NCBI RefSeq assembly: GCF_963921235.1
Contig: NC_086097.1
Location: 13,082,001 to 13,146,000, forward strand
Source: Mobula hypostoma
Taxonomy: Eukaryota
Direction of reading: 5' to 3'
Length of the DNA: 64,000 nucleotides
Part shown: positions 1 to 11,945 of the stretch, piece by piece
Layout: each line of letters opens with the position of its first letter
Numbering within the stretch: the first letter of the stretch is position 1
Notes under the pieces: generated by a model
Database searches by the model: none
What the model saw: only the letters and a program-made list of their open reading frames with translations
Told to the model about the DNA's origin: nothing
Position numbers and translations under genes: made by a program

Positions 1-435
1 AGTGAGTTTGTTAAATCAGGTGGGAGCAAAGCAATAGTGAGGGTGGACCGCCGTGGTAGAGATATGAGACAAGTGGCAGAGGAGGAGTGCCAGGGGCAGG
101 GCATGGCGAGGGTGCAGACACACCTAACCTTGGGACACCAGGAAAGGTTTTTTGATCGGTTTATTGATCATTAGAGAAAGTCTGTCTGGTGCCTCCCTCT
201 CTCTTTCCCTTTTCCCAAACACGATTCCCCTCTCCCCGCCCCCTTCCCACTCTCAGTCCACAACAGAGACCCATATCAGAATCAGGTTTATCATCACTCA
301 CACATTTCATGGAATTTGTTTTTATTTTTGTGGCAGCAGTAGAATGCAATACATAAAATTACTACAGCACTGTGCAAAAGTCTTAGGCACCCTAGTTAAA
401 TAAGATGTATGTGCCAAAGACTTTAGCACAACACT
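1..435 (+). mobile_element. Non-autonomous Tc1/mariner-type composite element (copy 1, left end outside window)
   Basis: Ends in a TIR-spacer-TIR hairpin (365-390 cagcactgtgcaaaagtcttaggcac / 411-435 gtgccaaagactttagcacaacact). Internal sequence matches 17888-18387 and 50090-50475 in reverse orientation. Confidence 0.75.
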
Positions 436-933
436 AATTGTCTCACTTCCTGCTGTTTAATACCTTGAAGGCTTCTAAAGTTTCACCTTTACCTTTGCTT
501 TCCCATCCCTTCAGCTTGGCACCCGTCTCTATTTCCAGCCCATTACCCATACAGAATATTCACATATGTAGTCTGTCCACCACAGACACATCTCCCTTCA
601 TATGGTATATCTCCAGGTGTAGTTGGTCCACCACAGACTCATCTCCTTCCAACTGTCGAGGCTTAAAGCTGTGGAATTCCTTCACCAAATATTCTATCTT
701 TATTTTTGTTCCATTATTCGCTTCATAAATTCTACCAGTTTGATTAGTTCAAAGCAAATTTATTATCAAAGCATATGTCACTGTATATTACCCTGTGATT
801 CATTTTCACAGTAGAACAGAGAAATACAACAGTCAATAAAAAACTGCACACAAAGATGACAAACAATTGAAGAGCTAAAGAAGCCAAGCAAAAAACAACT
901 AATAATAATAATAACAACTCATGAATGAAATCA

Positions 934-1248
934 TAAGAATAGGCATCCGTTAGTCTTGCAAGACCAGGGATCTGTGCCTGGAAAGTCTTCACTCTCCATC
1001 CAGGGCGCAGGCCTGGGCAAGGTTGTATGGAAGACCGGCAGTTGCCCATACTGCAAGTCTCCCCTCTCCACGACACCAATGTTGTCCAAGGGAAGGGCAT
1101 TAGGACCCATACAGCTTGGCACCAGTGTCGTTGCAGAGCAATGTGTGATTAAGTGCCTTGCTCAAGGACACAACACGTTCCCTCAGCTGGGGCTCGAACT
1201 CACGACCTTCAGGTCGCTAGTCCAATGCCTTAACCACGTGCTCTCACA
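934..1248 (-). mobile_element. tRNA-headed CORE-like SINE with probable RTE-type tail
   Basis: Minus strand: gtggttaagg (A-box-like), gagttcgagcc (B box), then gtgtccttgagcaaggcacttaa (CORE-like). Perfect 13-bp target-site duplication atgaatgaaatca at 921-933 and 1249-1261. Confidence 0.85.
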
Positions 1249-1697
1249 ATGAATGAAATCACACATTACTATAAATACAAGATTCAGTTTTAGAAACAGA
1301 ATACACCTGTACCACAAATTATATTATGACCAATCAGTTATTGCAGACAGGACAATCCATAATAACTGTCCGGATAATATATTACAGGATAAACAAGCAA
1401 GAGCAACTTATTTAATAGATGCAACTGTTCCAAACATACATAATTTACAGAAATCACTAAGTGAAAAACACCAGAAATATGCTGAAATAAAAAAGGAAAT
1501 TGAAAGACTATGGGACATGAACAGGGTATGCATTATTCCAATAGTAATATCCACAACTGGTATCATCCCAAAGGGACTACACAATATCATTAAACAAATA
1601 GGGCTACACAGCAATATCTATGTAATTCTTCAGAAAGCCACAATAGTAAACACCACTAGAATAGTCTGAAATTTCCTAGCGATTGAGAAATGAGCAT

Positions 1698-1789
1698 CAT
1701 ACATCAAAGTTGCTGGTGAACACAGCAGGCCAAGCAGCATCTATAGGAAGAGGCGCAGTCGACGTTTCAGGCCGAGACCCTTCGTCAGG
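1698..1789 (-). mobile_element. Short Penelope terminal fragment with hammerhead ribozyme core
   Basis: Near-identical to 33653-33745. Minus strand reads CTGACGA-agggtctcggcct-GAAAC-GTC. Confidence 0.85.
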
Positions 1790-2479
1790 TTCTACCAGTT
1801 GAGAAAAAAAAATAATAAATAAGTAAATAAATAAAATTGAGAACATGAGTTATAAAGTCCTTGAAAGTGAGTTCATAGGTTGTGGAATCAGTTCAGTGCT
1901 GAGCTGAGTGAAGTTATTCACACTGGTTCAGGAGCCAAATGGTTGAACTGTTCCTGAATCTGGTCATGTGAGGACAGAGGCTCCTGTACCTCCTTCCTGA
2001 TGGCAACAGCAAGAAGGAAGCAAGGCCTGGATGGCAGAGGTCCTTGATGATGGATGCTGCTTTCTTGCACCAGTGCTCCTTGTGGATGTGTTCTTTGATG
2101 AGGACGGTTTTACCTGTGATGGACTAGGCTGTATCCGTCACTTGTTGTAGGCTTTTCTGTTCTTCCCTGAAATCTTCCATTGATAACACACCATCATTTT
2201 GGTTGTCATTGGAATTCCACTGAATTGCTTTGGAATGCTATGTGGCCTTAGATATGCTAAGTAAATGGAAGTTATTGTTATTGCAACATGGCCCAAATTG
2301 TTCACTGATACCTGTATACAGTGCATCAGGAATTGGAGAGTATCACCACCAGGAGGTGTTTTTCTGCTTGTTTTCCTATTCCCCATCCCATTGCTGCCTG
2401 TATCCCTGAAGCCTGCTGTGGGTCCAGTGGAAATAAAATGGATTCCTCCCTTACACGAGCTTTGTTATACAGCATGCTT

Positions 2480-3060
2480 AAGAAAGCCCCTGCACTCGAG
2501 AAATCTGTCTGTCTCTCTCTCTCTCGATGGTGAGTGAGAGTCTGTTAGTTCTCGAGTTGGGGAACTCGGACAAGTGATGCAGCAGATTGTAACATCGAAA
2601 CAGAGAGCTGTTAGTCTCCCCTCTCCCACTAGTGAGAAGAAGAGTCTGTCTGGGATGTCGAAGTGTTGCTATGGACAGTAGTTTTCGATCGACCTCGATC
2701 ATAGTCTCTTTGGAGGCTTTGCTACTGCTGGCATGGTGGGTGGTAGTGGTTGATGCTTTTGCCGGAGCAAGTTGGGGGGGAGGGGAAGCGGAAGAGGGGG
2801 TTGCTGCTTTTGCCAGAGCAAGTAGGGGAGAGGGGAAGGGGAAGAGGGGGCTGTTCCTTTTGCTGGAGCAAGTAGGGGAGAGGGGGAGGGGAAGAGGGGG
2901 TTGTTGCTTTAGCTGCTGCTTGTCCTTGGGAGGGGACTTTGAGGTTTTGACATTTTCTGTCATTCATTCCATTTTTTTGTTGTTTTGTGGATGTCTGTGA
3001 AGAGTAAGAATTCAGTTTGTATACTGTATACATTCTCTGATATTAAATTGAACCATTGGA
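2480..3060 (+). mobile_element. LINE-derived 3' UTR/non-autonomous repeat with internal G-rich tandem triplication
   Basis: Related copy at ~15040-15335. Ends in attaaattgaaccattg. Three ~51-bp units at ~2750-2905. Confidence 0.55.
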
Positions 3061-3179
3061 CCCAAGGAGTGGTAGGAAAGCAGCTGGTTAGCATTTGTAT
3101 CCCATGCCTGCTGACATTCTGTCCTTATTGATTAATTAATTGTCTGATCTGTTGATGGCGGTTAGGTTTGTGCAGTTCC

Positions 3180-3670
3180 TCTGTACGATGTGAACTGCAG
3201 AACAAAAACCTGGATAAGCTGTCGCACGGGGGCAGTTGTATCCTCTCAACCTCTGAAGTCAGGTTCCAGCAATGCAAGTTGTCATCGCAAGTGGGGTCTT
3301 CCTTCGTTGCAGTCGATGACCATAACTTCTTCCTTGCCTTGTCAAACGCTTCATTGTCCACCAAGCATTGCAGAACCATGGTTCTGGCCATTGGATCTCA
3401 CAGTTGCTTTCAGCTGCCCAGTGTGCCAGAGCTGAAAACTTCATCTGCTAGGACAGGAATGTCCCCATCTCACTGGCATGAGGCCCACTGGCTACTTTTT
3501 CCTGGTGTAGCCCACCAGTCAAAACATGGAACTGGGGAGTTATTGCTGACACATGCAAACAGATATTTGGAGCCACAGGTGAGATCTGACTGCCTGGTGA
3601 GTGAGCTGCCCCAGAGTGGACACAACAAGCTCCTTCACCAGAGGTGCTACCCCTTACTGGACACCCCATG
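3180..3670 (-). mobile_element. Probable RTE-clade LINE 5' region remnant
   Basis: Recalled similarity of the minus-strand sequence (gcaacgaaggaagacccc...cttcagaggttgagagg...aactgcccc) to RTE 5' UTRs. No intact ORF. Confidence 0.35.
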
Positions 3671-3799
3671 ATCTTCATTAAAGGTGATTTCATTTCATTT
3701 CATCTGGTATTTTGAAACTTCATTTCTTTGTGCTTGAGAGAATGAAAGGGTCCTCACAATCAGTCCCACAATAAGCAAAAGGCTCTGCACATAATGGGT

Positions 3800-4100
3800 G
3801 GGTAGCCTGGTGGTTAAGCTACCAGACTAATGACAAGAAGCCTAGGTTATTTAATGACATGACTTTACATTCCACAGCTGTCATTGTGGGATTCAAGTTC
3901 ATGCCTCTGGATCAATTGTCCAGGACTCAGACTGCTGCTCCTCTAAGATAACTGCTTATGGCAGCTGTGGAATTTAAAGTCAAGCCATTAAATACATTTG
4001 GAATCAAGAGCTGAGAGCAGTAATAATGATTGATGCAAAAACTGCGTTAGTTCACTAATGTCCTTTAAGAGTACAATATCTGCCTTCCTTACTGGTATTC
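3800..4100 (+). mobile_element. Old tRNA-derived SINE remnant
   Basis: Degenerate tRNA head (ggtagcctggtggttaag) and a gttcactaatgtccttta...tctgccttccttac block recalled from chondrichthyan SINEs. Confidence 0.45.
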
Positions 4101-4135
4101 AGTGAATGATTAATAGCAAAATATAATCTGGCCAT

Positions 4136-4705
4136 ACGACCATAAAACATAGGAGCAGAATTAGGCCATTCAGCCCATCAAGTCTGCTCCACCATTCCAT
4201 TATGGCTGATTTATTATTCCTCTCATTCCCATTCTCATGCCTTTTCCAGGTAACCTTTGAAGGCCTTATTAATCAAGAATCCATCAACCTTCCCTTTATT
4301 ATTAAATGACTTGGCCTCCACAGCCATCTGTGGCCATAAATTCCACAGATTCAGCATCCTCTGGCTAAAGAAACTCCTCCTCATCTCTGATTATGTTCCA
4401 GCCCCTCGGGCCGCACTACCTGGAAATCCCCTTAATTTAATCCTAGCCTAATCACAGGACAATTTACAGTGATCAATTAACCTACCAACTGGTATATGTT
4501 CGGAATGAGGGAGGAGACTAGAGCACCTGGTGGAAGCCCATGCCGTCGTGGTGAGAATATTCAAGCTCCTTACGGGCAGCAGTGAGAATTCCACCCGGGT
4601 CGCTGGTACTGTAAAGTATTGTGCTAACCTCTAAGCTGCTATGCCGCTCCCCGATGGAAGATAATGTTCTAAAGGGACATCCTTCTATTTTGAAGCTGTG
4701 CATTA
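4136..4705 (-). mobile_element. CR1 LINE 3' fragment interrupted by a V-SINE
   Basis: CR1 3' end (cataggagcagaattaggccattcagccc) and an RMLNLWNL-type reverse frame. Sequence resumes at ~4664 after the SINE. Confidence 0.75.
4399..4659 (-). mobile_element. V-SINE (HE1-like)
   Basis: V-domain-like core on the minus strand. TSD gattatgttc (4389-4398) / gataatgttc (4660-4669). Confidence 0.75.
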
Positions 4706-5363
4706 CGTGACTCTAAGCAAAAGCGTTCGAAGAATCTTGACTCCAAATGTCAAGTGTCCATCTTCACAGATACGATCTGATCTGTCAGGTTCCTCCAGCA
4801 GTTTTTGTGTTGTTTCAGATTCCAATCTGCAGCCTCTTATATCTCTCACACGTCACTGCATTCAAGGAATGTACAATTAATATTGACCTTACAGATCCTG
4901 GGCACAAAAGGCAAAAACAATTAGGAATATTAAAGTCATTTATTAAATATGCTCCTTTTTTAGTCCAAGTGAGTCTTCAAATTTTTACCATCTTTTTCTT
5001 TCTTACAAGTTTTGTGAAGGGAAAAAAAAAACAACACACCGTTAATCAGAGCCAGCCAAGGGAGGGAAAAAAACATTCAACCAAGAATTCATCGAGTTGG
5101 TGTTGAGGGTTGGAGTTGTGTGAGGTCTACTGTGTCACGCACTGGCACAGTTGAGGCACACAGGCGGAAAGGCCAGGCAGAAGGAAACAATCTGAAAAGC
5201 GACAGATCTGTCTTTGGAATGGCTGCATTCACGTGGCTCAGCGCCAGCATGGCCTGTGGCCAAGAACAACCTTAACAAGTTTGTTCTGAAGGAAACGCTG
5301 ACAAGGTGGGGGGTTGCAGAGGGCGGGAGCAAAGGTAACAGTGGTGGTGGGTCTGCACTGTCA

Positions 5364-5366
<3 letters not shown>

Positions 5367-5429
<63 letters not shown>
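5367..5429. repeat. (TG)n microsatellite, ~31 units
   Basis: Perfect TG run read directly. Confidence 0.98.
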
Positions 5430-5433
<4 letters not shown>

Positions 5434-5984
5434 GGCTGCGCGGTGGGGGTTGTTTCAAAAGAAGTGACTTCCAAAGAGCACACGGCGTGGCAGATCCTGG
5501 TGAGAGTGACGGCCAAATTCCTCCATGTGGGGGCCAAAGTGACTGAAGCTTTCTTTGCAAATAGCCATATGAATACGACTAAGTGGAAACATAGCAGGAA
5601 TATTCTCCTTGAAGCTTTAATCATTCCTAACTTTCGAAAAGGAATTAAGTAATGCTTCCCAGACCCAATGCCACTGTTTCATGTGGAGCCAAATTGGGTA
5701 AGTTTGCCAGTCTTATAGGATTGTCCTGGAGTCTCCAGGAATTAAGGATTAATCTCCCAGTCAGGTCACTGTCTCCAACTGAACAAGAAATAAACAAGCA
5801 CTAAAGCGCATTTCTCCTCATTTACTTCAGTTCTTTGTAATATTAGTTCATGGGAGATAAGGTGTGGTTCAGCTGGCAGGAATGAATCGTCAGCTCAGGT
5901 TGCAGAGAATCTCTTGTTTCACCGTCTAGTCCTGGAAATGCTTGATGGTAAGTGAGGCATACAGGCAATGTCATCAATGCACAC

Positions 5985-6545
5985 AAGACACACAGGAGAT
6001 CGCAGATGCTGGAATCTCGAACAGCATACAAGCTAAGGGAGGAACACAGTGCGTTAGGCAACATCTATGGAGAGATCACCTATTCGGTCTGGGTAACCTC
6101 CAAGCTGATGGCATGAATATTGATTCCTCCTTCCAGTAGACAAAAAAGTCCCTCCCCCTCCCCTCTTCTTGTGTTCCCCAGTTTGGCCTTGTACTTCTCA
6201 TCTGCCTATCACCTCTCCTGCTTCCCCTCCTCCTTCCCTTTCTGCTATGTCCTACGCTCGTCTCCTACCAGATTCTTTCTTCTTCAGCCCTTTATCTTTC
6301 TCACCCACCTGGCTTCACCGATCACCTTCTAGTTATTCTCCTTCCCCTCTCCTTACCTTTTTATTCTGGCATCTTTTCCCTTCCTTTCCAGTTCTGAAGA
6401 AGGGTCTTGGCCCAAAACGTCGACTGCTCCTTTACTTCCATGGATGCTGTCTGACCTGCTGAGTTCCTCATTTTTTTTTTGTGTATCGACGGAGGGAAAT
6501 AGACAGACAACTTTTCAGGTTGAGACCTTTCATCTGGCGGCAATG
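5985..6545. mobile_element. Penelope 3'/pseudo-LTR fragments in both orientations
   Basis: Plus-strand GIY-YIG tail (LGNLQADGMNID), then pyrimidine-rich UTR and a decayed hammerhead (6394-6421, GAAA>AAAA), flanked by older minus-strand terminal pieces. Confidence 0.8.
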
Positions 6546-7067
6546 CTGGTTAAGTGTTGGAAGGTCATGTGCTGATGTTCATAACAGATAGCAACCAGAT
6601 TAGGGAACACTGTGAGGTGGGAATGAAGAGGAAGAAGACAAGAGAAGTGTTGGGGCAGTGGGAGGAGAGGGTGATAGGGGAGAAATGATATTCATTCCCT
6701 CCAGTATTGCAGCACTTTGGCTTTGCAAAACAGTGGAAACCACACAAAATGCAAAGCAACACTACAAGAACCAAAGCAAGTTGAAGTTCATGAAGTTTTT
6801 TTTTATTTTTGCCGACTTATTTTATATGTACAAAAAACAAGTCGTGCAAACATAAAACAAATAGTGAGGTAGTGTTCATGGTTCAATGCCCATTCGAAAA
6901 TTGGATGGCTGAGGGAAAGAAGCAGTTCCTGAATTGTTCATTGTGCGTCTTTAGGCTTCGAACCACCTTCCTGATGGTAGGAATGAGAACAAGGGATGAC
7001 CTGGGTGACGGGGGTCCTTAATGATGGCTGTCACTGTTTATTATAGAGATGCATCTTGCTCCTGTCT

Positions 7068-9655
7068 TATAGAGTCATAGAGAAGCACAACACAGAAACA
7101 GGCCCTTCAGCCCACCTAGTCCATGCCATAATGCCGTAACTATTTAAACTGCCTACTCCCACTGACCTGTACCAGGACCATAGACCTCCATACCCTGACC
7201 ATCCATGTCCCTATCCAAACTTCCCTTAAATGTTGAAATTGCGCTCATATGGACCACTTGTGCTGGCAGCTCATTCTGAACTCTCACCGCCCTCCGAGTG
7301 AAGACATTTCTCCTCATGTTCCAGTTAAACTTTTCAGCTTTCACCATTAATCCATTACCTCTGGTTGTAGTCCCACCCAATCACAGTGGAAAAAGCCTGC
7401 CTGCATTTACCCTATCTATACCCCCATTAATTTTGTATACCTCCACCAAATCTCCTTTCAATCTTCTACATTCTAAAGAATACAGTCCTAACCTATTTAA
7501 TCTTTCTTTATAATTCAGGTCTTCCAGAACTGGCAATATCCTTGTAAATTTTCTCTGCACTCTTTCAACCTTGCTAACATCTTTCCTGTAGATCGGTGAA
7601 CAAAACTGCACACAATACTCCAACTTAGGCCTCACCAATGTCTTGTCCAACTTCAACATGGCATCCCATCTCCTGTACTCAATAATTTGATATATGAAGG
7701 CCAATGTGCCAAAAGCTTTCTTTATGACACTATCTACCTGTGGCACCACGTTCAACAAATTATGTACCTGTATTCTCAAATCCCTTTGTTCTACCACACT
7801 CCTCAGTGATCAACCGTTTACTGTGTAAGGCTTACCCTGATCGGTCCTACTAAAGCGCAAAACCCCGCATATCTGCGTTGAATTCAATTTGGAATTTTTC
7901 TGCCTACTTCAGACTCTGCAAGCCATGGTAGCCTTCCTTACTGTCCACTACACCCCCAATTTTGTGTCATTCGTAAATTTGCTGATCTACTGAATAACAT
8001 CGTCATCCAGATTGTTGATATAGAGGACAAACCAGAAAGGTCCTTGCACCAATCCCTGTGGCACACCATTAGTCACAGGCCTCTAGTCAGACAGGCAACC
8101 CTCTAATACCGCTCTCTGGCTTCTCCCACAAAGCCAATATCTAATCCAATATACTACCTCATCATGAATGCTGAGTGTCTGAACCTTCTTGACCAGACTC
8201 CCATACAGGACCTTGTCAATATCCACTGCCTTGCCTTCATCTACTTTCCTGATAACTTCCTCAAAAAACTCTATTAGATTGGTTAGACATGACTTTCCAG
8301 GCATGAAGCCTTGCTGACTATCCTTAATCAATTCATGTCCATCCAAGTACTTATATATTTGGTACCTGAGAATACCTTCCAATAACTTTCTCTCAATTGA
8401 TTTCAGACTCATTGGTCTATAATTTCCTGGTTTACATTTAGAGCCTTTTTAAAACAGCGGAACAACATTAGCTATCCTCCAATTCTCTGGTACCTCCCCT
8501 GTTGCTAAGGATGATTTGAATATATCTCTGCTAGGGCCCCAGCAATTTCTGCATTTACCTCCTGTAGAGTCTGAGGGAATACCTTGTCAGGCCCTGGGGA
8601 TTTATCCACACTGATTTGCCTCAGGGTAGCAAACACCTCCTCCTCTGTAATCTGTATTTGTTCCATGAAGTTAATGCTGCTTTGCCTCACTTCTATAGAC
8701 TTTGTGTCTGTCTCCAGAGTAAATACAGATGCAAAGGATTCATTTAAGATCACCCCCATCTGTTTGGGCTCCACACATGGATTACCATTCTGCTTTTCCA
8801 GAGGACCAGTTTTGTCCCTAACAATTCTTTAGCTCTTAACATATCTGTGGAATCCCTTAGGATTTTCCTTCACCTTTTCCACTCATGCATCCTCATGCCT
8901 TCTTTTAGCTCTTTTGATTTCTTTCTTAAGTGTTCGCTTGCTTTTCTTGCATTACGTCCATAAGCACTGACATTTGTGCCTACCTGCCTATATCTGCTAT
9001 GCAACCCCCCTTTTTTCTTAACCTGGCCCTCAATATCTCTTGAAAACAAAAGTTCCCTACCCTTGTTACGTTTACCTGTTATTTTGACAGGCACATACAT
9101 TTGTACCGTGAAAATTTTGCCTTTGAAGGCCTCTCATCTACCAAGTGCACCTTTGTCAGAAGACAGCCTGTACGAATCCACACCTACCAGATCTTTTCTG
9201 ATACTGTACTATCAAAATTGGCCTTTCTCCAATTTAGAATCTCACCCTACAGACCAGACCTATCTTTTTGCATATTTACTTTGAAACTAATGGCATTGTA
9301 GCACTGGATGCAAAGTGTTCCCCTCCACAAACCTATGTCACCTGCCCTGTCTCATTCCTAATAGCAGATCCAGTATTGCACGCTCTCTCATTAAGATTTC
9401 TACGTACTGATGAAGGAAACATACTGATCACATTTGACAAACTCTATTCCATCTAGTTCTTTTAGTGTATGGGATTCCCACTCAATATGTAGAAAGTTAA
9501 GATCACCTATAATAACAACCTTATGTTTTTTGCAACAGTCTGCGCTCTCTTTATGAATTTGTTCCTCTAAATTCCTCGGTCTGTTACATGGTCTCTAATG
9601 TAGCCGCTTTAAAGTGGGCATGCCTTTCTTACATCTCAATTCCATCCATAGTACT
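7068..9655 (-). mobile_element. CR1 LINE, ~2.6 kb degenerate ORF2 plus 3' UTR
   Basis: ORFs 7381-7797 (LVRPKLEYCVQF..LERVQRKFTR-like), 8083-8412 ([15 protein letters not shown]), 8505-8774 (DKSPGPD). Many stops and frameshifts. Confidence 0.93.
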
Positions 9656-10107
9656 TCAGTAGTTGAATTGAGTTTTGAGTTTTTCCAATATTTTTGATAT
9701 AGAGTGGATACATGGCAATGATTGCCAATCACTGACCCTACCAGAGTTAAGACAAGGGCATAAACCACAAGAGGGATGTCTAACAAGTTCCAAAGCTATC
9801 AGCTGGAATTTGGGATGGAATTGCAGCCTGGCAATTTCTTCTATCTGTCATAATATACCAATGGTGGAGCTAGTTTTGCCAGTAGAGCAAGTTTTAATCA
9901 ATTTTTCCCATTTTTAAACATCTAATGTTTTGTATTGTGGTGAACACTGAGATACAGGGTAGTCCAATGATAACAACGGGACTAAAGCCGCCCTGCTGTC
10001 CTTGCGATTGGTGATACCTATGTTTTCTCAGGGTTTTTTAATCTTCTGCCCAACAGGAGAGGGAGAAGTCAGCATGGCTGTTGTGGGAGTTGTCCTTGAT
10101 TACATAT

Positions 10108-10390
10108 CTATTTATTGAGATATAGCATGGAATAGGCCCTTCTGGCCCTTCAAGCTGTGCCAAACAGCAATCCTCTGATTTAATCCTAGCCTAATCACGG
10201 GACAATTGACTATGACCAACTAAACTACCATCTGGCACGTCTTTGGACAGTGGAAGGAAACTGGAGCACTCGATAGAAACCCACATGGTCAGGAGACGAA
10301 TGTACAATCTCTTGACAGGCAGCGGCGAGAATTGAACACAGATCGCAGATACTGTAAAGTATTGTACTAACTACTATGCTACCATGCCGG
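10108..10390 (-). mobile_element. V-SINE (HE1-like)
   Basis: Minus strand tRNA head (ggcatggtagcatagtagttag), V-domain (gtgctccagtttccttccactgtccaaagacgtg) and aataaa-type tail. Confidence 0.8.
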
Positions 10391-11029
10391 ACGTAACAGG
10401 AAGTATAGATGGAGTAAGTGGCAGAGAAGTTGGTTTGTGCAATGGACCACTCTGCATTCACAACATTGATTTCTTGTGTTCTTGAAACACAGGAACAGGA
10501 GAGGTAACTTTGCCCCGCAGACCTGCTGTACTATTCATCAGTACCATGTCTGATATGCAGCTTTAAGTCAGTCTGCTGTGTTTTTTTTTTAATTTTAGTT
10601 CTCTAGAGTTCTAATTTACTCCTACGTTCCTACAATTGCATAATTTGCTATGAAGCAAAAATTGTTCAATAGAGTAATTCCTATTCATAGCCTCTCTTTT
10701 AACATATGGTCATTTGATTTTTTGCTATTACTCATCCCTTTTCATTGTGTGAAATAATTCAGCCAGATAAGCTACTCAGTGACTGACAATCCCTGAGAGA
10801 ACAACTGGCCAGCTGAGGAATGTGGTGTAGCTTGTTCCTAACTTCCATACCCTCATGTTACAGCATGGATGTCAGGAGAAAGAGAGAGAGTAGATACCAA
10901 GGCATCTGGAGGACAGTTCTGCTGCTGGATCCAATGCAGAATCCAAGGGTGAAGCTGAGAAGCAGGGAGCACTTCATATCTGACCCCTCGCCTTTACTCC
11001 AGCCAAGTTTGGAGTATGTCGTGTGCTCT

Positions 11030-11215
11030 GGGGAGCAAGTGGCAGCTGTGAAAGGAGGGACTGAACAACTAAAAAACCACAACAACCACCTACACTTGTC
11101 CACATTGCAACAGAATGTATGGATCCTGGATCAACCTCTACAGCTATCTGAGGACTCACCAATAGACAACCCTTAGGAGCACATCATACTCAACTAGAGT
11201 GCTTGCACTATCACT
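11030..11215 (+). mobile_element. RTE-clade LINE 3' end (C-terminal C2H2-like motif)
   Basis: One frame reads TYTCPHCNRMYGSWINLYSYLRTHQ*, matching the RTE ORF2 terminal CxxC..LxSHxRxH motif with one His lost. Confidence 0.7.
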
Positions 11216-11267
11216 AACCTCCAAGACTAACTGAGGAATAAGTGCAGTATATGATTTCTTCTTTACA

Positions 11268-11945
11268 AACAAGAGAACACCTGCAGATGCTGGAAATCCA
11301 AGCAATACACACAGAATTCTGGAGGAACTCAGCAGGACAGGCAGCATGTATGGAAAAGAGTGCAGTCGATGTTTCAGCCTGAGGCCCTTCAGCAGGACTG
11401 GAGGAAAAAAAAAGATGAGGAGTAGAGTTAAAAGGTGGGAGGAGGGGAGGGAGAAATACAAGGTGATAGGTGAAACTGAGGGGGGTGGAGGGAGGAGGGA
11501 TGAAGTAAAGAGCTGGGAAGTTGATTGGTAAAAGAGATACAGGACTGGAGAAGGGGGAGTCCGACAGGAGAGAAGTCCATGGAAGAAAGAAAAGGTGGAA
11601 GGAACACGAGAAGGAGGCGATGGACAGGCAAGGAGATAAGGTGATAGAAGGAAAAGGGGATGGGGAATGGTGAAGGAAAGGGGGGGGGGCGTTACCGGAA
11701 GTTTGAGAAATCGATGTTCATGCCCTCAGGTTAGAGCTACCCAGACTGAATATAAGGTGTTGTTCCTCCAACCGGAATGTGGCTTCTTCATGACAGTGGA
11801 GAAGGCTATGAATAGGAATGGGAAGTGGAATTAAAATGGGTGGCCACTGGGAGATCTCGCTTTTTCTGGTGGATGGAGTGTAGGTGCTTGAGAAAATGGT
11901 CTCCCAATCTACGTCGGGTCTCACCGATATACAGGAGGCCACACA
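11268..11945 (-). mobile_element. Penelope (Neptune-type) 3' fragment: GIY-YIG C-terminus, UTR, decayed hammerhead
   Basis: Reverse frames give LLYIGETRRRLGD and RLEEQHLIFSLG. Terminal sequence is like 33614-33750. Confidence 0.88.

Larger units (their letters stand above)
914..1812 (+). mobile_element. R4/Dong-clade non-LTR retrotransposon 3' fragment (restriction-like endonuclease domain), pseudogenised
   Basis: ORF 1253-1669 has LYYDQSVIADRTIHNNCPD..YLIDATVP..EKHQKY..IPIVISTTG..LQKATIVNTTRIV, i.e. RLE PD..D and K..KY motifs. The stop at 1667 is probably CGA>TGA (frame continues NFLAIEK). The 5' end abuts a (TAA)n tract at 900-914 and the 3' end is A/TAA-rich. Confidence 0.85.
745..2170 (-). 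mobile_element. Degenerate Rex1/Babar-clade LINE 3' portion, split by nested insertions at ~914-1810
   Basis: The reverse strand at ~1980-2070 encodes a KKAASIIKD...LLPSGRRYRSL-type Rex1 C-terminus. 745-900 matches the 3' tail seen on many other copies in the window. Confidence 0.7.

Noticed and set aside
1180..1248. tRNA gene
   Set aside because: It is the tRNA-derived head of a SINE, continuous with the CORE block and bounded by a TSD.
5135..5652. ORFs with HT/CV dipeptide runs
   Set aside because: Artefacts of the (TG)n microsatellite; the same applies to 15603-15883 and 39163-39971.
9595..9786. ORF with a signal-peptide-like N-terminus
   Set aside because: Its C-terminal part runs into CR1 sequence; no recognisable homology or splice support.
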